From positions 1,398 to 65,397 of the forward strand of contig JAJFUJ010000115.1 of the NCBI GenBank assembly GCA_021372475.1: a stretch of DNA of 64,000 nucleotides, written 5' to 3'. The notes beneath the pieces are model-generated. The model ran no database searches. It was not told the origin of the DNA and worked only from the letters and a program-made list of their open reading frames with translations. The stretch comes from Chloroflexota bacterium (GTDB lineage: Bacteria; Chloroflexota; Anaerolineae; UBA1429). The translations under genes were made by a program, and so were the position numbers. Below are positions 10,007-19,148 of this stretch, in pieces (positions within the stretch are counted from its first letter, which is position 1; each line of letters starts with the position of its first letter).

Positions 10007-10813
10007 ATGGACGACATCAGCGATATCCGCAAGCTGTATGATGCTGACCCGCAGCACGAGGCTACACGCCTGGATGAGCACCAACTCGAGTTCGACATCA
10101 CCTGGCGCTGGCTGCAGCGTACGCTGCCCGGAGAAGGACGCCTGCTCGAGCTGGGGGCTTCGACCGGACGCTACACGCTGCCCCTGGCGCAACAGGGCTA
10201 CCAGGTGACAGCGCTGGATTTATCGTCCGAGGCGCTCAAGCTGGCCTGCGCCGAGGCTGAACGCGCCGGCCTGGGGAAACGCATCACCTGGCTGACAGGC
10301 GACGCGCGCGACCTGAGCACACTGCGCGGCCAGGCGTTCGATGCCGCACTGGTCATGGGTCCGTTGTATCACCTGATATTCGAGCCAGATCGTCTGCTGG
10401 TGCTGCGCCAGGTATACGAACTGCTCAAACCAGGCGCGCCAATCATCAGCGCGTTTATCTGCCGGCTGGGGATTATGGGGGACCTGATGGCCAATGTGCC
10501 TGGTTGGATTGAACACCATGATGAGGTAGAGTGGATGTTACGCGACGGATGTGATCCGCCCGACTATCCAAAAGGGCAGTTCCGCGGCTATTTCTGCCGG
10601 CCGGAGGAGCTGGCGCCGCTGCATGAAAGTGCGGGATTCCGCACATTGGCGGTGGCCGCCGCAGAGCCCTGTATCGGCGCCGATGATGCCAGCTACAACC
10701 GGCTGGAAGGGGCGCAGCGCCAGGCCTGGCTGGATTTTTTATTCAGGCTGAGCGCCGAAGCGGGCATGCTGGGTGCCTCGCGGCATCTGCTGTATATCGG
10801 GTACAAACCGTAA
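10007..10813 (+). CDS. class I SAM-dependent methyltransferase
   Basis: Motif I LLELGASTGRYTLPLAQQGYQVTALDLS, followed by an acidic post-I residue and GDARDL. Confidence 0.7.
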   Translation: MDDISDIRKLYDADPQHEATRLDEHQLEFDITWRWLQRTLPGEGRLLELGASTGRYTLPLAQQGYQVTALDLSSEALKLACAEAERAGLGKRITWLTGDARDLSTLRGQAFDAALVMGPLYHLIFEPDRLLVLRQVYELLKPGAPIISAFICRLGIMGDLMANVPGWIEHHDEVEWMLRDGCDPPDYPKGQFRGYFCRPEELAPLHESAGFRTLAVAAAEPCIGADDASYNRLEGAQRQAWLDFLFRLSAEAGMLGASRHLLYIGYKP

Positions 10814-10835
10814 TTCAATGTAAGGAGAGTTACCA

Positions 10836-11807
10836 ATGGCACTGTTCGATTTTCCGCTGGAGCAACTGAAGACGTACTGCCCGCCGCGCGATGAACAGCC
10901 CGATTTCGACGCCTTTTGGGAAGAGACCTTGGATGAGGCGCGCAGTTACCCGCTCAACGCTGGGTTCGAGCAGGTCGACTATGGACTAGACTTGCTGGAG
11001 ATTGCCGATGTGACATTCAACGGTTTTGGCGGCCAACCCATCAAAGGCTGGTTCCTGGCGCCCAAGCACAAGAGGGGCAAGCTGCCCTGCGTGGTGCAGT
11101 ATATCGGCTACGGCGGAGGGCGCGGTTTCCCGCACGAATGGACGCTCTTCCCCAATGCCGGCTGGAGTACGCTAGTGATGGATACCCGCGGGCAGGGCAG
11201 CTCATGGCAGCCGGGCGATACCCCCGATAACGCGGCCGAAGGCCAGAATCCGCAGATCCCGGGCTTTATGACGCGCGGCATCCTGGACAAAAGGCATTAT
11301 TATTACCGGCGTGTCTTTACCGACGCCGTACGCGCCCTGGAGGCGGCCGTGAGCGAGCCTTCGGTGGACGCCTCGCGGATTGCCGTGGCCGGCGGCAGCC
11401 AGGGCGGCGGCATCACCATCGCGGCTGCCGGGCTTTCAGGCATCCCGCAGGTGGCCTTGCCGGATGTGCCCTTCCTGTGCCACTACAAACGCGCCACGGA
11501 AATCGTCGACAGCGCGCCCTACAGCGAAATATCAGGTTACTGCAAGACCCACCGCGACAAGATCGACCAGGCATTCCTGACCCTCTCCTATTTTGACGGC
11601 GTGAACCTGGCGGCACGAGCCAAGGCGCGCGCCCTCTTTTCCGTGGGATTGATGGATATGACCTGTCCGCCCAGCACGGTATATGCGGCGTATAACCACT
11701 GGGCGGGTGAGAAGGATATCCGCATCTACCGCTACAACAACCACGAAGGCGGCGGCACGTATCAAACCATCGAAAAGGTGAACCTGCTGCATGCTTTATG
11801 GGATTAA
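10836..11807 (+). CDS. acetyl xylan esterase / cephalosporin-C deacetylase (carbohydrate esterase family 7)
   Basis: N-terminus [17 protein letters not shown]...[10 protein letters not shown] is typical of the AXE1 family. GGSQGGG nucleophile elbow. AAGGAGA RBS. Confidence 0.85.
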   Translation: MALFDFPLEQLKTYCPPRDEQPDFDAFWEETLDEARSYPLNAGFEQVDYGLDLLEIADVTFNGFGGQPIKGWFLAPKHKRGKLPCVVQYIGYGGGRGFPHEWTLFPNAGWSTLVMDTRGQGSSWQPGDTPDNAAEGQNPQIPGFMTRGILDKRHYYYRRVFTDAVRALEAAVSEPSVDASRIAVAGGSQGGGITIAAAGLSGIPQVALPDVPFLCHYKRATEIVDSAPYSEISGYCKTHRDKIDQAFLTLSYFDGVNLAARAKARALFSVGLMDMTCPPSTVYAAYNHWAGEKDIRIYRYNNHEGGGTYQTIEKVNLLHALWD

Positions 11808-11821
11808 AGGCATCCGCTGTT

Positions 11822-11854
11822 GAGGCGCCGGGGTAAGTCGGCGCCTCGTTATTC
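11822..11854 (+). terminator. hairpin after the CE7 esterase gene
   Basis: GAGGCGCCG (11822-11830) pairs with CGGCGCCTC (11839-11847) around an 8-nt loop, followed by GTTATTC. The U-tract is weak. Confidence 0.4.
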
Positions 11855-11873
11855 ATCCAGGGATTGAACAAGA

Positions 11874-12389
11874 ATGAATAGTATCGTAGAATATATCCTG
11901 GCGCGGCGCAGCATCCGTAAATATACGGAAGCCGCAGTGCCGCGCAAGCTGCTCGAGCAACTGCTGCAGGTAGGAATGGCCGCCCCCAGCGCCAGCAACC
12001 GCAGGCCGTGGGAGTTTGTCGTGCTGACGGAGCCTGAACGCATCCGCGCGCTCACCCAGGTGCTCGTGCTCGGACGCTATGAACCGAAGGCCATCATCGT
12101 CCCCTGCGGCAACCTGACGCGCACCCTGCCCTGGCCGGCCAGCAGTTTCTGGATTCAGGATTGTTCCGCGGCGATGCAGAATATGTGGATTGCCGCCAAC
12201 GGCCTGGGAGTCGGCGCGGTATGGATCGGCATCCACCCGCTCAAACCTTTTGTGCGCGCTGTGCAAAAGGCGCTCGGCCTGCCCAGGCACGTCATCCCCC
12301 TCGGCGCGCTCTACCTCGGTTTCCCAGCGGAACAGAAAGCGCCGCGCAGCCAATATGACAGCCAGCGTGTGCATTGGGAGCAATATTAA
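11874..12389 (+). CDS. nitroreductase family protein
   Basis: ILARRSIRKYTEAAVP...APSASNRRPWEFVVL is the canonical nitroreductase N-terminal signature. Confidence 0.8.
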   Translation: MNSIVEYILARRSIRKYTEAAVPRKLLEQLLQVGMAAPSASNRRPWEFVVLTEPERIRALTQVLVLGRYEPKAIIVPCGNLTRTLPWPASSFWIQDCSAAMQNMWIAANGLGVGAVWIGIHPLKPFVRAVQKALGLPRHVIPLGALYLGFPAEQKAPRSQYDSQRVHWEQY

Positions 12390-12406
12390 CAAATATATGC
12401 TTCGCA

Positions 12407-12435
12407 TTGACAAGATACATTTCATTTGCCATACT
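12407..12435 (+). promoter_or_regulatory. sigma-70-like promoter candidate for the CNNM/CorC gene
   Basis: TTGACA (12407-12412), 17-nt spacer, CATACT (12430-12435), inside an AT-rich gap. Confidence 0.35.
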
Positions 12436-12499
12436 AGGGATATGGTAGGCATAATGTCTTGTTATTTTTGGTTTCTTCTAAAGGAGAAAACTCTCTTTA

Positions 12500-13846
12500 A
12501 TGTCCAATCTGTTCGTTAAAGTACTGCTAACCCTTGTTTTAATCTTAATCAACGGAATTTTCTCGCTCGCAGAGATGGCTCTGGTTTCGGTTCGCAAATC
12601 TCGTTTACAGCAATTAGCCGATGAAGGCGACAAGCGCGCTGTCGCTGCGCTAAGCCTCATTCAACAGCCCAGCCGGTTCTTTTCAACGATACAGATAGGG
12701 ATCACCCTGGTTAGTATCTTGACGGGCGCCCTCGCCGGCGCAGATATCGCGGACGCGCTGGCCGGCGTATTTGCGCAGACCCGTTACTTGAAGTCGATAG
12801 CCGGTCCCCTGGCGTACATCCTGGTTGTCGGCCTGATGACATTTGTAACCATCGTTCTGGGCGAGCTGGTGCCCAAGCGCATCGCGGTCAACTCCTCGGA
12901 GAAAATCGCCCTGACCATGGCCAGCTCGATGCGTTTTATATCGGCGGTGGCCAAACCGTTTGTAACTGTTTTGAGTGCTGCCACGGAAGGCGTGCTCAAG
13001 CTCTTGGGCATTAAACTGCATGAGGAGCCTATCGTCACCGAGGAGGAGTTCCGCGTGCTGCTCGAGGAAGGCACGGAAGCCGGCGTATTCGAGGAATCCG
13101 AACAGGAGATGGTGGAATCAGTGTTGAACCTGGGCGATAGGCGAATCAGCTCACTGATGACGCCACGCCATGATATCGTCTGGCTGGATACCGATGAATC
13201 CATCGAAGAGACCAAAAGGAAAATCCTTGAAAGTGGATTTTCGCGCTTTCCGGTGGCGCGTGAGAGCCTGGATAACCTGCTGGGTGAGGTACAGACGCGC
13301 GACCTATTGGTGCATTCGCTAAATAGTGAGCCATTCGACTTGCAAGCGGCACTCACCACGCCACTGTATATCCCCGAAGTGATGCCGATTCTATCCGTGC
13401 TGGAGCAGTTCAAGCAGGCCAGCACACAGATGGCGCTGGTAATCGACGAATACGGCTCTCTGGTGGGGTTGGTCACGCTCCAGGACATCCTGGAGATGAT
13501 TGTAGGTGATATGCCCTCTGCTGAGGCCGGCGAAGAGCCGGATATCGTGCAGCGCGAGGATGGCTCATGGCTGCTGGACGGCATGGTGCCAATCGAGGAG
13601 CTGAAAGAGCTGCTGAATATCGAAGGAATGCTGCCGGGAGAGGAACAGGGATTGTTCAATACTCTGGCTGGCTTTATCACTAACTATTTGGGACGCATCC
13701 CCGCCACTGCCGACCACTTTGAGTGGGCCAACGAGCATTTCGAGGTGGTGGATATGGACGGCAACCGGATAGACCGCGTGTTGGTGAGCGCCGTCCCGCC
13801 CGAAGAGCATACCGAGGAACCAGAGCCGCCGGCGGAAGCCGATTGA
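12500..13846 (+). CDS. CNNM/HlyC/CorC family transporter (DUF21 membrane domain + CBS pair + CorC_HlyC domain)
   Basis: N-terminus LILINGIFSLAEMALVS is DUF21-like. The central part is CBS-like and the C-terminal transporter-associated domain contains EDGSWLLDGMVPIEEL. AAGGAGA RBS. Confidence 0.85.
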   Translation: MSNLFVKVLLTLVLILINGIFSLAEMALVSVRKSRLQQLADEGDKRAVAALSLIQQPSRFFSTIQIGITLVSILTGALAGADIADALAGVFAQTRYLKSIAGPLAYILVVGLMTFVTIVLGELVPKRIAVNSSEKIALTMASSMRFISAVAKPFVTVLSAATEGVLKLLGIKLHEEPIVTEEEFRVLLEEGTEAGVFEESEQEMVESVLNLGDRRISSLMTPRHDIVWLDTDESIEETKRKILESGFSRFPVARESLDNLLGEVQTRDLLVHSLNSEPFDLQAALTTPLYIPEVMPILSVLEQFKQASTQMALVIDEYGSLVGLVTLQDILEMIVGDMPSAEAGEEPDIVQREDGSWLLDGMVPIEELKELLNIEGMLPGEEQGLFNTLAGFITNYLGRIPATADHFEWANEHFEVVDMDGNRIDRVLVSAVPPEEHTEEPEPPAEAD

Positions 13847-13870
13847 AGGCAGAAGAGGCAGCGTAAATAG

Positions 13871-13899
13871 CAAGAGGGCAGGAGTTCCCTGCCCTCTTG
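13871..13899. terminator. bidirectional hairpin between convergent genes
   Basis: CAAGAGGGCAGG (13871-13882) pairs with CCTGCCCTCTTG (13888-13899) around a 5-nt loop. Confidence 0.6.
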
Positions 13900-13919
13900 T
13901 GTTACTCTTGGTGCGCTCT

Positions 13920-16403
13920 CTAGAGTTCCTGGACGAGCTCGGTGATGCTGGAAGCCATTACCTCGCCGGGCGCAGACGAACACTCGATGGTGACGGGTAC
14001 GCCGGGCTCCAGGCCCAGGCAGTTATCGGATAAATCCACATCGTTGGCGGTTTCGATAAAGACGCCGAATGCGGGCACCTTGCTCGAGACGGTTATCTTT
14101 TTACCGCGCACCGAAACTTTGAGCTCCGCTGGCGAGAGTTTGAGCGTGCGGAAGCGCTCGAAAACGAGCCAATTGCGGTAGGTCTTCTCGCCGGCTTGCA
14201 GTTCGACATACAGGACGGTATCGAGCAGCTCGCCGTTGCGCTCGACGGGATAGGTGGTCGAACTGGCGTCCATCGGCAACACCCGCGGTGAATAGCCAAT
14301 GCCGAACTGGGCCAGGCTCCACTGGTCGAGTTGGGTGACGGAGTTGGCAAACAGTTTGGCGTTGACGTTCTGCTCGGCTAGTTTGGTGCCGTCAAGCTTA
14401 TATGCCGTGACCCTGCCAGTAACCGGCACAGCCTCAAGCAGGTCGCTCGCAGCACGCAGGGTGATGGTATCATCCTCGAGGCGCAGGAGCGGCAGCACTG
14501 GGGCATAGAAACGCTGGCTGTAATACCAGAGGCCTTTCTTGCGGCGGCCATAATCCACCGAGGACCAGCTCGCCACAGGCCAGCAGTCGTTGAGCTGCCA
14601 GTAGAGCGCACCGGCCGTCTTGAACTGGCGTCCGCGCCAGTGCTCCACACCGGTGCGGATAGCCTCGGCCTGGACGAACTGCGACAGTGCGCAAAAGCTC
14701 TTGAAATCCTTGGGAAAGCCGACGCGCCCGACCATAAAGCGTACCAGCTTCTCCATCCCCTCGGTCATCTTTTGGTGTGAGAGTACCACCGGGCTGAGCA
14801 CATGGCGGTCTTCCGGCTGGGTGTAGGAGAGCACTGTCTGCCAGTTGGGCATCGCCTGAAAGCCGAACTCGGAGATAAAACGTCCGGTATCGTGCAAGTA
14901 ACCGCTGTAATCCTGCCAACTGCTCCAGACGTTCCAAGAATGGGTATCCCCCTCGGATTTACCGTTGGGATGCTCGCCCCCGTAGGGGCTGGAAACCCAG
15001 TACGGCCGCGAAGGATCGAGACCGGCGCATACCGTGGGTAAAATTTCGCGGTAGATATAGTTGCCGAGGTATTTGGGTTCACCGACCTTCCACCATTCGT
15101 CAAAACCCCAGTTGTTCTCGTTGTTGCCGCACCAAAGCGCCAATGACGGATGATTGCGCAGCGCCGTTACCACCACCTCGGCTTCGTCGTAAGCCAGATG
15201 CTGAAACCAGTCGAATTCGTCGGGGTACTGGGCGCAGGCATACATAAAGTCCTGCCAGATAAGGATGCCCATCTCATCGCAGGCATCGTAAAAAGCAGGG
15301 TCTTCATAGATGCCGCCGCCCCAGATGCGCAGCATATTCATATTGGCGCCTTGAGCCAGGCCGACCAGTTGATAGTAGTCGTCGCGCTTTAAGCGGGGCA
15401 ACAGGCTATCGCCTGGGATCCAGTTGGCACCCTTGCAAAAGACCTTGATGCCGTTGACGGCAAAGATAAAGGTGCTGCCCTCCTCGTCGGCCTCCTGAAT
15501 GAGCTTGACGGTGCGGATGCCGGTGCGGAAGGAAGCGCGATCGAACCACTTTTGGCCGTCGCCCACCTTGATGCCAACCTCGTAAAGCGGTTGGGCGCCC
15601 ATGCCGTTCGGCCACCACAACTCAGGATCATCGATAAAGAAATCGGCCTGCACCTGATAATCGAACTCGCCGGAGGATTGGGCGTCAACCGCGGCGTAAG
15701 CAATGACCTTGCCGTTCAGCGAAAGCGCAATCTCGGCGACATAGGCGGCATCTGCGAACGGCTCGATGGTGGCTGAGACGCGCACATGCGCCTGGTTTTC
15801 CTTCAGCTCCACCGTCCAGGCATACGGATGCAGGATGCGGGCGCCGCTGCTCATCTCGATATATACCGGGCGCCACAATCCCGTCTGCGCGATGCGCGGT
15901 CCCCAATCCCAACCGTAGGAATATTGGGCTTTACGCACATATACGCGGGCATTTTCGGCACTGGAGGAGAGTTTGACAGGGCTGGTACGTTCTATGGCAC
16001 GAATGGTGTTGATGGGCGAGTCGAAGCGCACTTCAACGAGGTTATCGCCAACCTGGGCGTGTTCGCTGATATCGAAACGCTGCGGGATAAACATGTCGTT
16101 AACGTGGCCCAGCAGCGAATCATTCAGATAAACATCGGCCAGGGTATCGATCCCCTCGAACACCAGATCGAGGCTGTCCTGTTCTAGATTCTTTTCGCTT
16201 AAGGTGAAGGTTTTACGATAGCTCCAGGCTTTATCTTCTAGGCGGTGCATCTCGATCTCGTTCATGCCGATGAATGGGTCAGGCAATTGCCCGAGCGCCA
16301 GGAGGTCCATCTGTACGCAGCCGGGCACTGTGCCCACCTGCCAGTGCGCGGAACCCGCTTCCTGGAACTCCCATTGCCCGTCCAGCGATATTCGTTTCGT
16401 CAT
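13920..16403 (-). CDS. GH2 beta-mannosidase
   Basis: 827 aa. LDGQWEF...VPGCVQMDLL...LPDPF N-terminus; RIWGGGIYEDPAFYDACDEMGILIWQDFMYAC and WCGNNEN catalytic region. No signal peptide. Confidence 0.85.
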   Translation of the reverse strand: MTKRISLDGQWEFQEAGSAHWQVGTVPGCVQMDLLALGQLPDPFIGMNEIEMHRLEDKAWSYRKTFTLSEKNLEQDSLDLVFEGIDTLADVYLNDSLLGHVNDMFIPQRFDISEHAQVGDNLVEVRFDSPINTIRAIERTSPVKLSSSAENARVYVRKAQYSYGWDWGPRIAQTGLWRPVYIEMSSGARILHPYAWTVELKENQAHVRVSATIEPFADAAYVAEIALSLNGKVIAYAAVDAQSSGEFDYQVQADFFIDDPELWWPNGMGAQPLYEVGIKVGDGQKWFDRASFRTGIRTVKLIQEADEEGSTFIFAVNGIKVFCKGANWIPGDSLLPRLKRDDYYQLVGLAQGANMNMLRIWGGGIYEDPAFYDACDEMGILIWQDFMYACAQYPDEFDWFQHLAYDEAEVVVTALRNHPSLALWCGNNENNWGFDEWWKVGEPKYLGNYIYREILPTVCAGLDPSRPYWVSSPYGGEHPNGKSEGDTHSWNVWSSWQDYSGYLHDTGRFISEFGFQAMPNWQTVLSYTQPEDRHVLSPVVLSHQKMTEGMEKLVRFMVGRVGFPKDFKSFCALSQFVQAEAIRTGVEHWRGRQFKTAGALYWQLNDCWPVASWSSVDYGRRKKGLWYYSQRFYAPVLPLLRLEDDTITLRAASDLLEAVPVTGRVTAYKLDGTKLAEQNVNAKLFANSVTQLDQWSLAQFGIGYSPRVLPMDASSTTYPVERNGELLDTVLYVELQAGEKTYRNWLVFERFRTLKLSPAELKVSVRGKKITVSSKVPAFGVFIETANDVDLSDNCLGLEPGVPVTIECSSAPGEVMASSITELVQEL

Positions 16404-16517
16404 ATAGCGCCTCCATTGTGCCGCAACTGCAATTTAGTTACTATATCATAGCTGGACGCGGCTGTTCGGTCAAGCCGGGCGGCATTGAGGGTGTGTAAAA
16501 AGGGTCGCAGAGATTCC

Positions 16518-16565
16518 GCCCTCACCCTAACCCTCTCCCGCTGGGAGAGGGTTAGGGTGAGGGCG
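16518..16565. repeat. perfect 22-bp-arm palindrome (REP-like element)
   Basis: GCCCTCACCCTAACCCTCTCCC, loop GCTG, then GGGAGAGGGTTAGGGTGAGGGC. The arms are exact reverse complements. It lies in a 416-bp divergent intergenic region. Confidence 0.8.
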
Positions 16566-16819
16566 CCTTCTGGATACCTGTTTAGGCCCCCTGAAAGCGC
16601 TCGAAGGAAGCCGTAACCCCCTGGACACAGTTAAATACTGAGCCTTCGAGCTAAAACTCGTCTGCCGAGGCGCTCGGTCATCTTTTCGTAAGGTATTTTC
16701 CACACCCTCGCGGCATTTGCGAAATCGCCAAAGCGGTGCAAAATGATGCTGGAAATCAACTGAACGGTGCCCGTAGCAAGATACCGAAACGAGCCGGGCA
16801 CAATCCGTTAAGGAGACCG

Positions 16820-18013
16820 ATGAAAGAAACTTCCATATTCACCCAGGCGGTACACGGCGGAGAGCGCGCCCCCAGACCAGATTTTAGACCTGTGCCCACC
16901 CCGATATACCGCAGCTCGAGCTTTGTGTACGATTCGCTGCAGGATCTGGATGACGTGTTTAGCGGCAGCAAAGTGGGCTATGTGTATGCCCGTTACGGCA
17001 ACCCTACCGTTCATGCATTCGAGATGGCTGTCGCTGCATTGGAAGGCGCGGAGGACGCCGTCGCCTACAGTTCGGGCATGGCGGCAGTGTACGCCGCGCT
17101 GATGGCCGCCGGCGTGCGGGCCGACCGCCCGGTGGTTTGCGCCGCGGATGTTTACGGCGCTACCTATGCGTTATTGGCCAAAACCCTGGCAGAGCTGGGA
17201 ATCGCAACGCGTTTTGTGGACATCACCAATCTGGCTGAGGTTGACGCAGCCATCAAGGAAGCGCAGCCCACGGCCGTCCTGTGCGAGGCGATTTCCAACC
17301 CGCTGATGAAGGTCGCCGATATACCGCGTCTGGGTGAGATTGCCCATCGAAACGGCGCGCAGCTCTTGGTGGACGCTACTTTTGCCACGCCGTACCTGCT
17401 GCGGTCTCTTTATTGCGGTGCGGATTTCGCGATCCATTCGGCGACCAAGTATTTGGCGGGGCACGGCGACGTGCTGGCCGGCGTGGTGGCCGCCTCCAAC
17501 GAGCGCGCCGCGTTGATGCGCGAGCAGCTCAAAGTTTTTGGCGCCAACCTCGGTCCAGAGGAAGCCTGGCTGGCGCTGCGCGGCATCAAGACGCTGCCTC
17601 TGCGTATGCGCGAGCAGTGCGCCAACGCTCAAAAGGTGGCTGACTGGCTCACCAGTCAGCCACAGGTTGCCCGGGTGAACTATCCCGGCCTACCGGAGCA
17701 CCCCCAGTATTCCCTGGCGGCAAGCTTGTTCGGCGGCGCAGGGTATGGCGCGATGCTCAGCTTTGACATGCAAGGGGGCACGCGCGAGGCCGTGTTTGGG
17801 TTTATGCAGCGCCTCAGGCTCATCCAGCCGGCCACGACCCTGGGCGATGTGTACAGCCTGGTGCTTTACCCGGCCATGTCGTCGCACCGCGCGCTCGGGC
17901 CCGAGCTGCGCGCGGAACTGGGCATCGGCGAGGGGTTGGTGCGCATGAGCGTGGGCATCGAGGCGGTGGACGACATCATCGCCGACCTGCAGCAGGCGCT
18001 GGCTGCAAGTTAA
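16820..18013 (+). CDS. PLP-dependent Cys/Met metabolism enzyme (O-acetylhomoserine sulfhydrylase / cystathionine gamma-synthase or -lyase family)
   Basis: MKETSIFTQAVHGGE...PIYRSSSF N-terminus and SATKYLAGHGD PLP-lysine motif. I chose the ATG at 16820 (AAGGAG 4 nt upstream) over the track start at 16736. Confidence 0.8.
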   Translation: MKETSIFTQAVHGGERAPRPDFRPVPTPIYRSSSFVYDSLQDLDDVFSGSKVGYVYARYGNPTVHAFEMAVAALEGAEDAVAYSSGMAAVYAALMAAGVRADRPVVCAADVYGATYALLAKTLAELGIATRFVDITNLAEVDAAIKEAQPTAVLCEAISNPLMKVADIPRLGEIAHRNGAQLLVDATFATPYLLRSLYCGADFAIHSATKYLAGHGDVLAGVVAASNERAALMREQLKVFGANLGPEEAWLALRGIKTLPLRMREQCANAQKVADWLTSQPQVARVNYPGLPEHPQYSLAASLFGGAGYGAMLSFDMQGGTREAVFGFMQRLRLIQPATTLGDVYSLVLYPAMSSHRALGPELRAELGIGEGLVRMSVGIEAVDDIIADLQQALAAS

Positions 18014-18085
18014 ACGTTCGCATATTCTGGCACACTGCTGCATACCAGTAGAGCGGTAAGGCATACAAAATAAAGGAGAGTCACG

Positions 18086-19048
18086 ATGTTGGAGATGAGA
18101 CAGGTGCGCGGGTTCAACTACCAGCCCAGTTACGGCACGTGCGGCTTGGAACTGTGGCAGAAATTCGATAGCGCTGTGTTCGCGACGGAGCTGGGTCAGG
18201 GCAAACGGTACTTTCCGGGGATGAATGCCATCCGCTTGTGGCTCTCCTGGGATGCCTACAAGCGTTCTCCCACCCTTTTTGCCGCCCGTTTCGAGGAGGC
18301 GCTGCGCATCGCCGCCAGCTACCGCCTGGAGGTAATGCCGGTGCTCTTTAACCGCTGGCACGATAGCGCCCTCGATTTCGGCGGCATCTACCTTGACCAC
18401 TTTATCCCCAAGATAAGCTGGGTTCAAGGCGCGTACATGTTCGACGCCTATCTGCAGGATATCGTCGGCGAGCACGCGCGCGATGAGCGCATCTTGGCCT
18501 GGGACCTGTGCAATGAGCCTTTCAGCTACTCGGTGCCGCAGAGCGCCGTGCCAGATGTCGTCCGAGCCGAGTTCGCCTGGCTCGAAGGGCTTTACCGTCA
18601 GTGCAAGACGCTGGGCGTACAGGCGCCGATAACGGTGGGGATTCATCCCGGCCACGGCCGATTCGGCCTGGAGCAGGTGGAGCCCATCAGCGATGTGCTC
18701 TCGATTCACCCCTATTGGACCAAGGAGAGCCCCCACCACGACAAAGCGGTCTATGAGAAGCTGTTGGACGAGTATGTGGATATCTCGCAGCGTACAGGCA
18801 AGCCGCTCATCGCCAGCGAGACGGTGTGGGGTTCGCTGGATGACGTCGAACGGGTGGAAATTATCCACTATACCCTGAGCGAGCTGAAAAAGCGTGGCAT
18901 CGGCTGGCTGGCCTACCTGCTGCACCACAGCCTGATTGCCGATGCCCACCGCCCGGCCTTTGGCCCCACCAGCGCGCCGGGATATCTAGGCTTCATCGAG
19001 GCTGATGGCTCGCTGAGGCCGGGGCACGAGGCATTCAACCAATACTAA
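18086..19048 (+). CDS. clan GH-A glycoside hydrolase (GH5-like)
   Basis: ILAWDLCNEP (acid/base Glu context) and LIASETVWG (nucleophile context). AAAGGAGA RBS. No signal peptide. Confidence 0.6.
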   Translation: MLEMRQVRGFNYQPSYGTCGLELWQKFDSAVFATELGQGKRYFPGMNAIRLWLSWDAYKRSPTLFAARFEEALRIAASYRLEVMPVLFNRWHDSALDFGGIYLDHFIPKISWVQGAYMFDAYLQDIVGEHARDERILAWDLCNEPFSYSVPQSAVPDVVRAEFAWLEGLYRQCKTLGVQAPITVGIHPGHGRFGLEQVEPISDVLSIHPYWTKESPHHDKAVYEKLLDEYVDISQRTGKPLIASETVWGSLDDVERVEIIHYTLSELKKRGIGWLAYLLHHSLIADAHRPAFGPTSAPGYLGFIEADGSLRPGHEAFNQY

Positions 19049-19148
19049 CGGTATGTAGGCTGCAGCTATCCGGCAGTGCATATGGTGCGATTAGCTGCAG
19101 GTTAAAATATGGATATTTTATATACCATTCAGGAACGGAGAATCATCG

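Noticed and set aside
12784-13680. 298-aa Ser-rich minus-strand ORF inside the CNNM/CorC gene
   Set aside because: It is the mirror frame of a gene with clear DUF21/CBS/CorC organisation, and its sequence is low-complexity Ser/Thr-rich.
12390-13846. Visibly lower GC at the start of the CNNM/CorC gene and its upstream gap, suggesting horizontal acquisition
   Set aside because: I judged this by eye and cannot compute windowed GC or codon statistics here. AT-rich promoter gaps and membrane-protein N-termini often look like this. It would need GC-skew and codon-adaptation calculations against the whole genome.
16566-16819. Possible SAM-I riboswitch or T-box upstream of the methionine-pathway gene
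   Set aside because: I could not find the SAM-I core (GAGGGA, GCAACC, GGUGC.AA.UCC) or the T-box GGUGGNACCGCG sequence on either strand. The region is kept only as an unclassified structured leader.
17690-18949. 419-aa minus-strand ORF spanning the end of the Cys/Met PLP enzyme gene, the intergenic gap and most of the GH5-like gene
   Set aside because: It lies antisense to two genes with clear family motifs. Its composition is R/A/L/H/Q-rich with no recognisable motif and I found no RBS. Long antisense ORFs are expected in high-GC DNA because GC-rich third positions deplete stop codons on the opposite strand.
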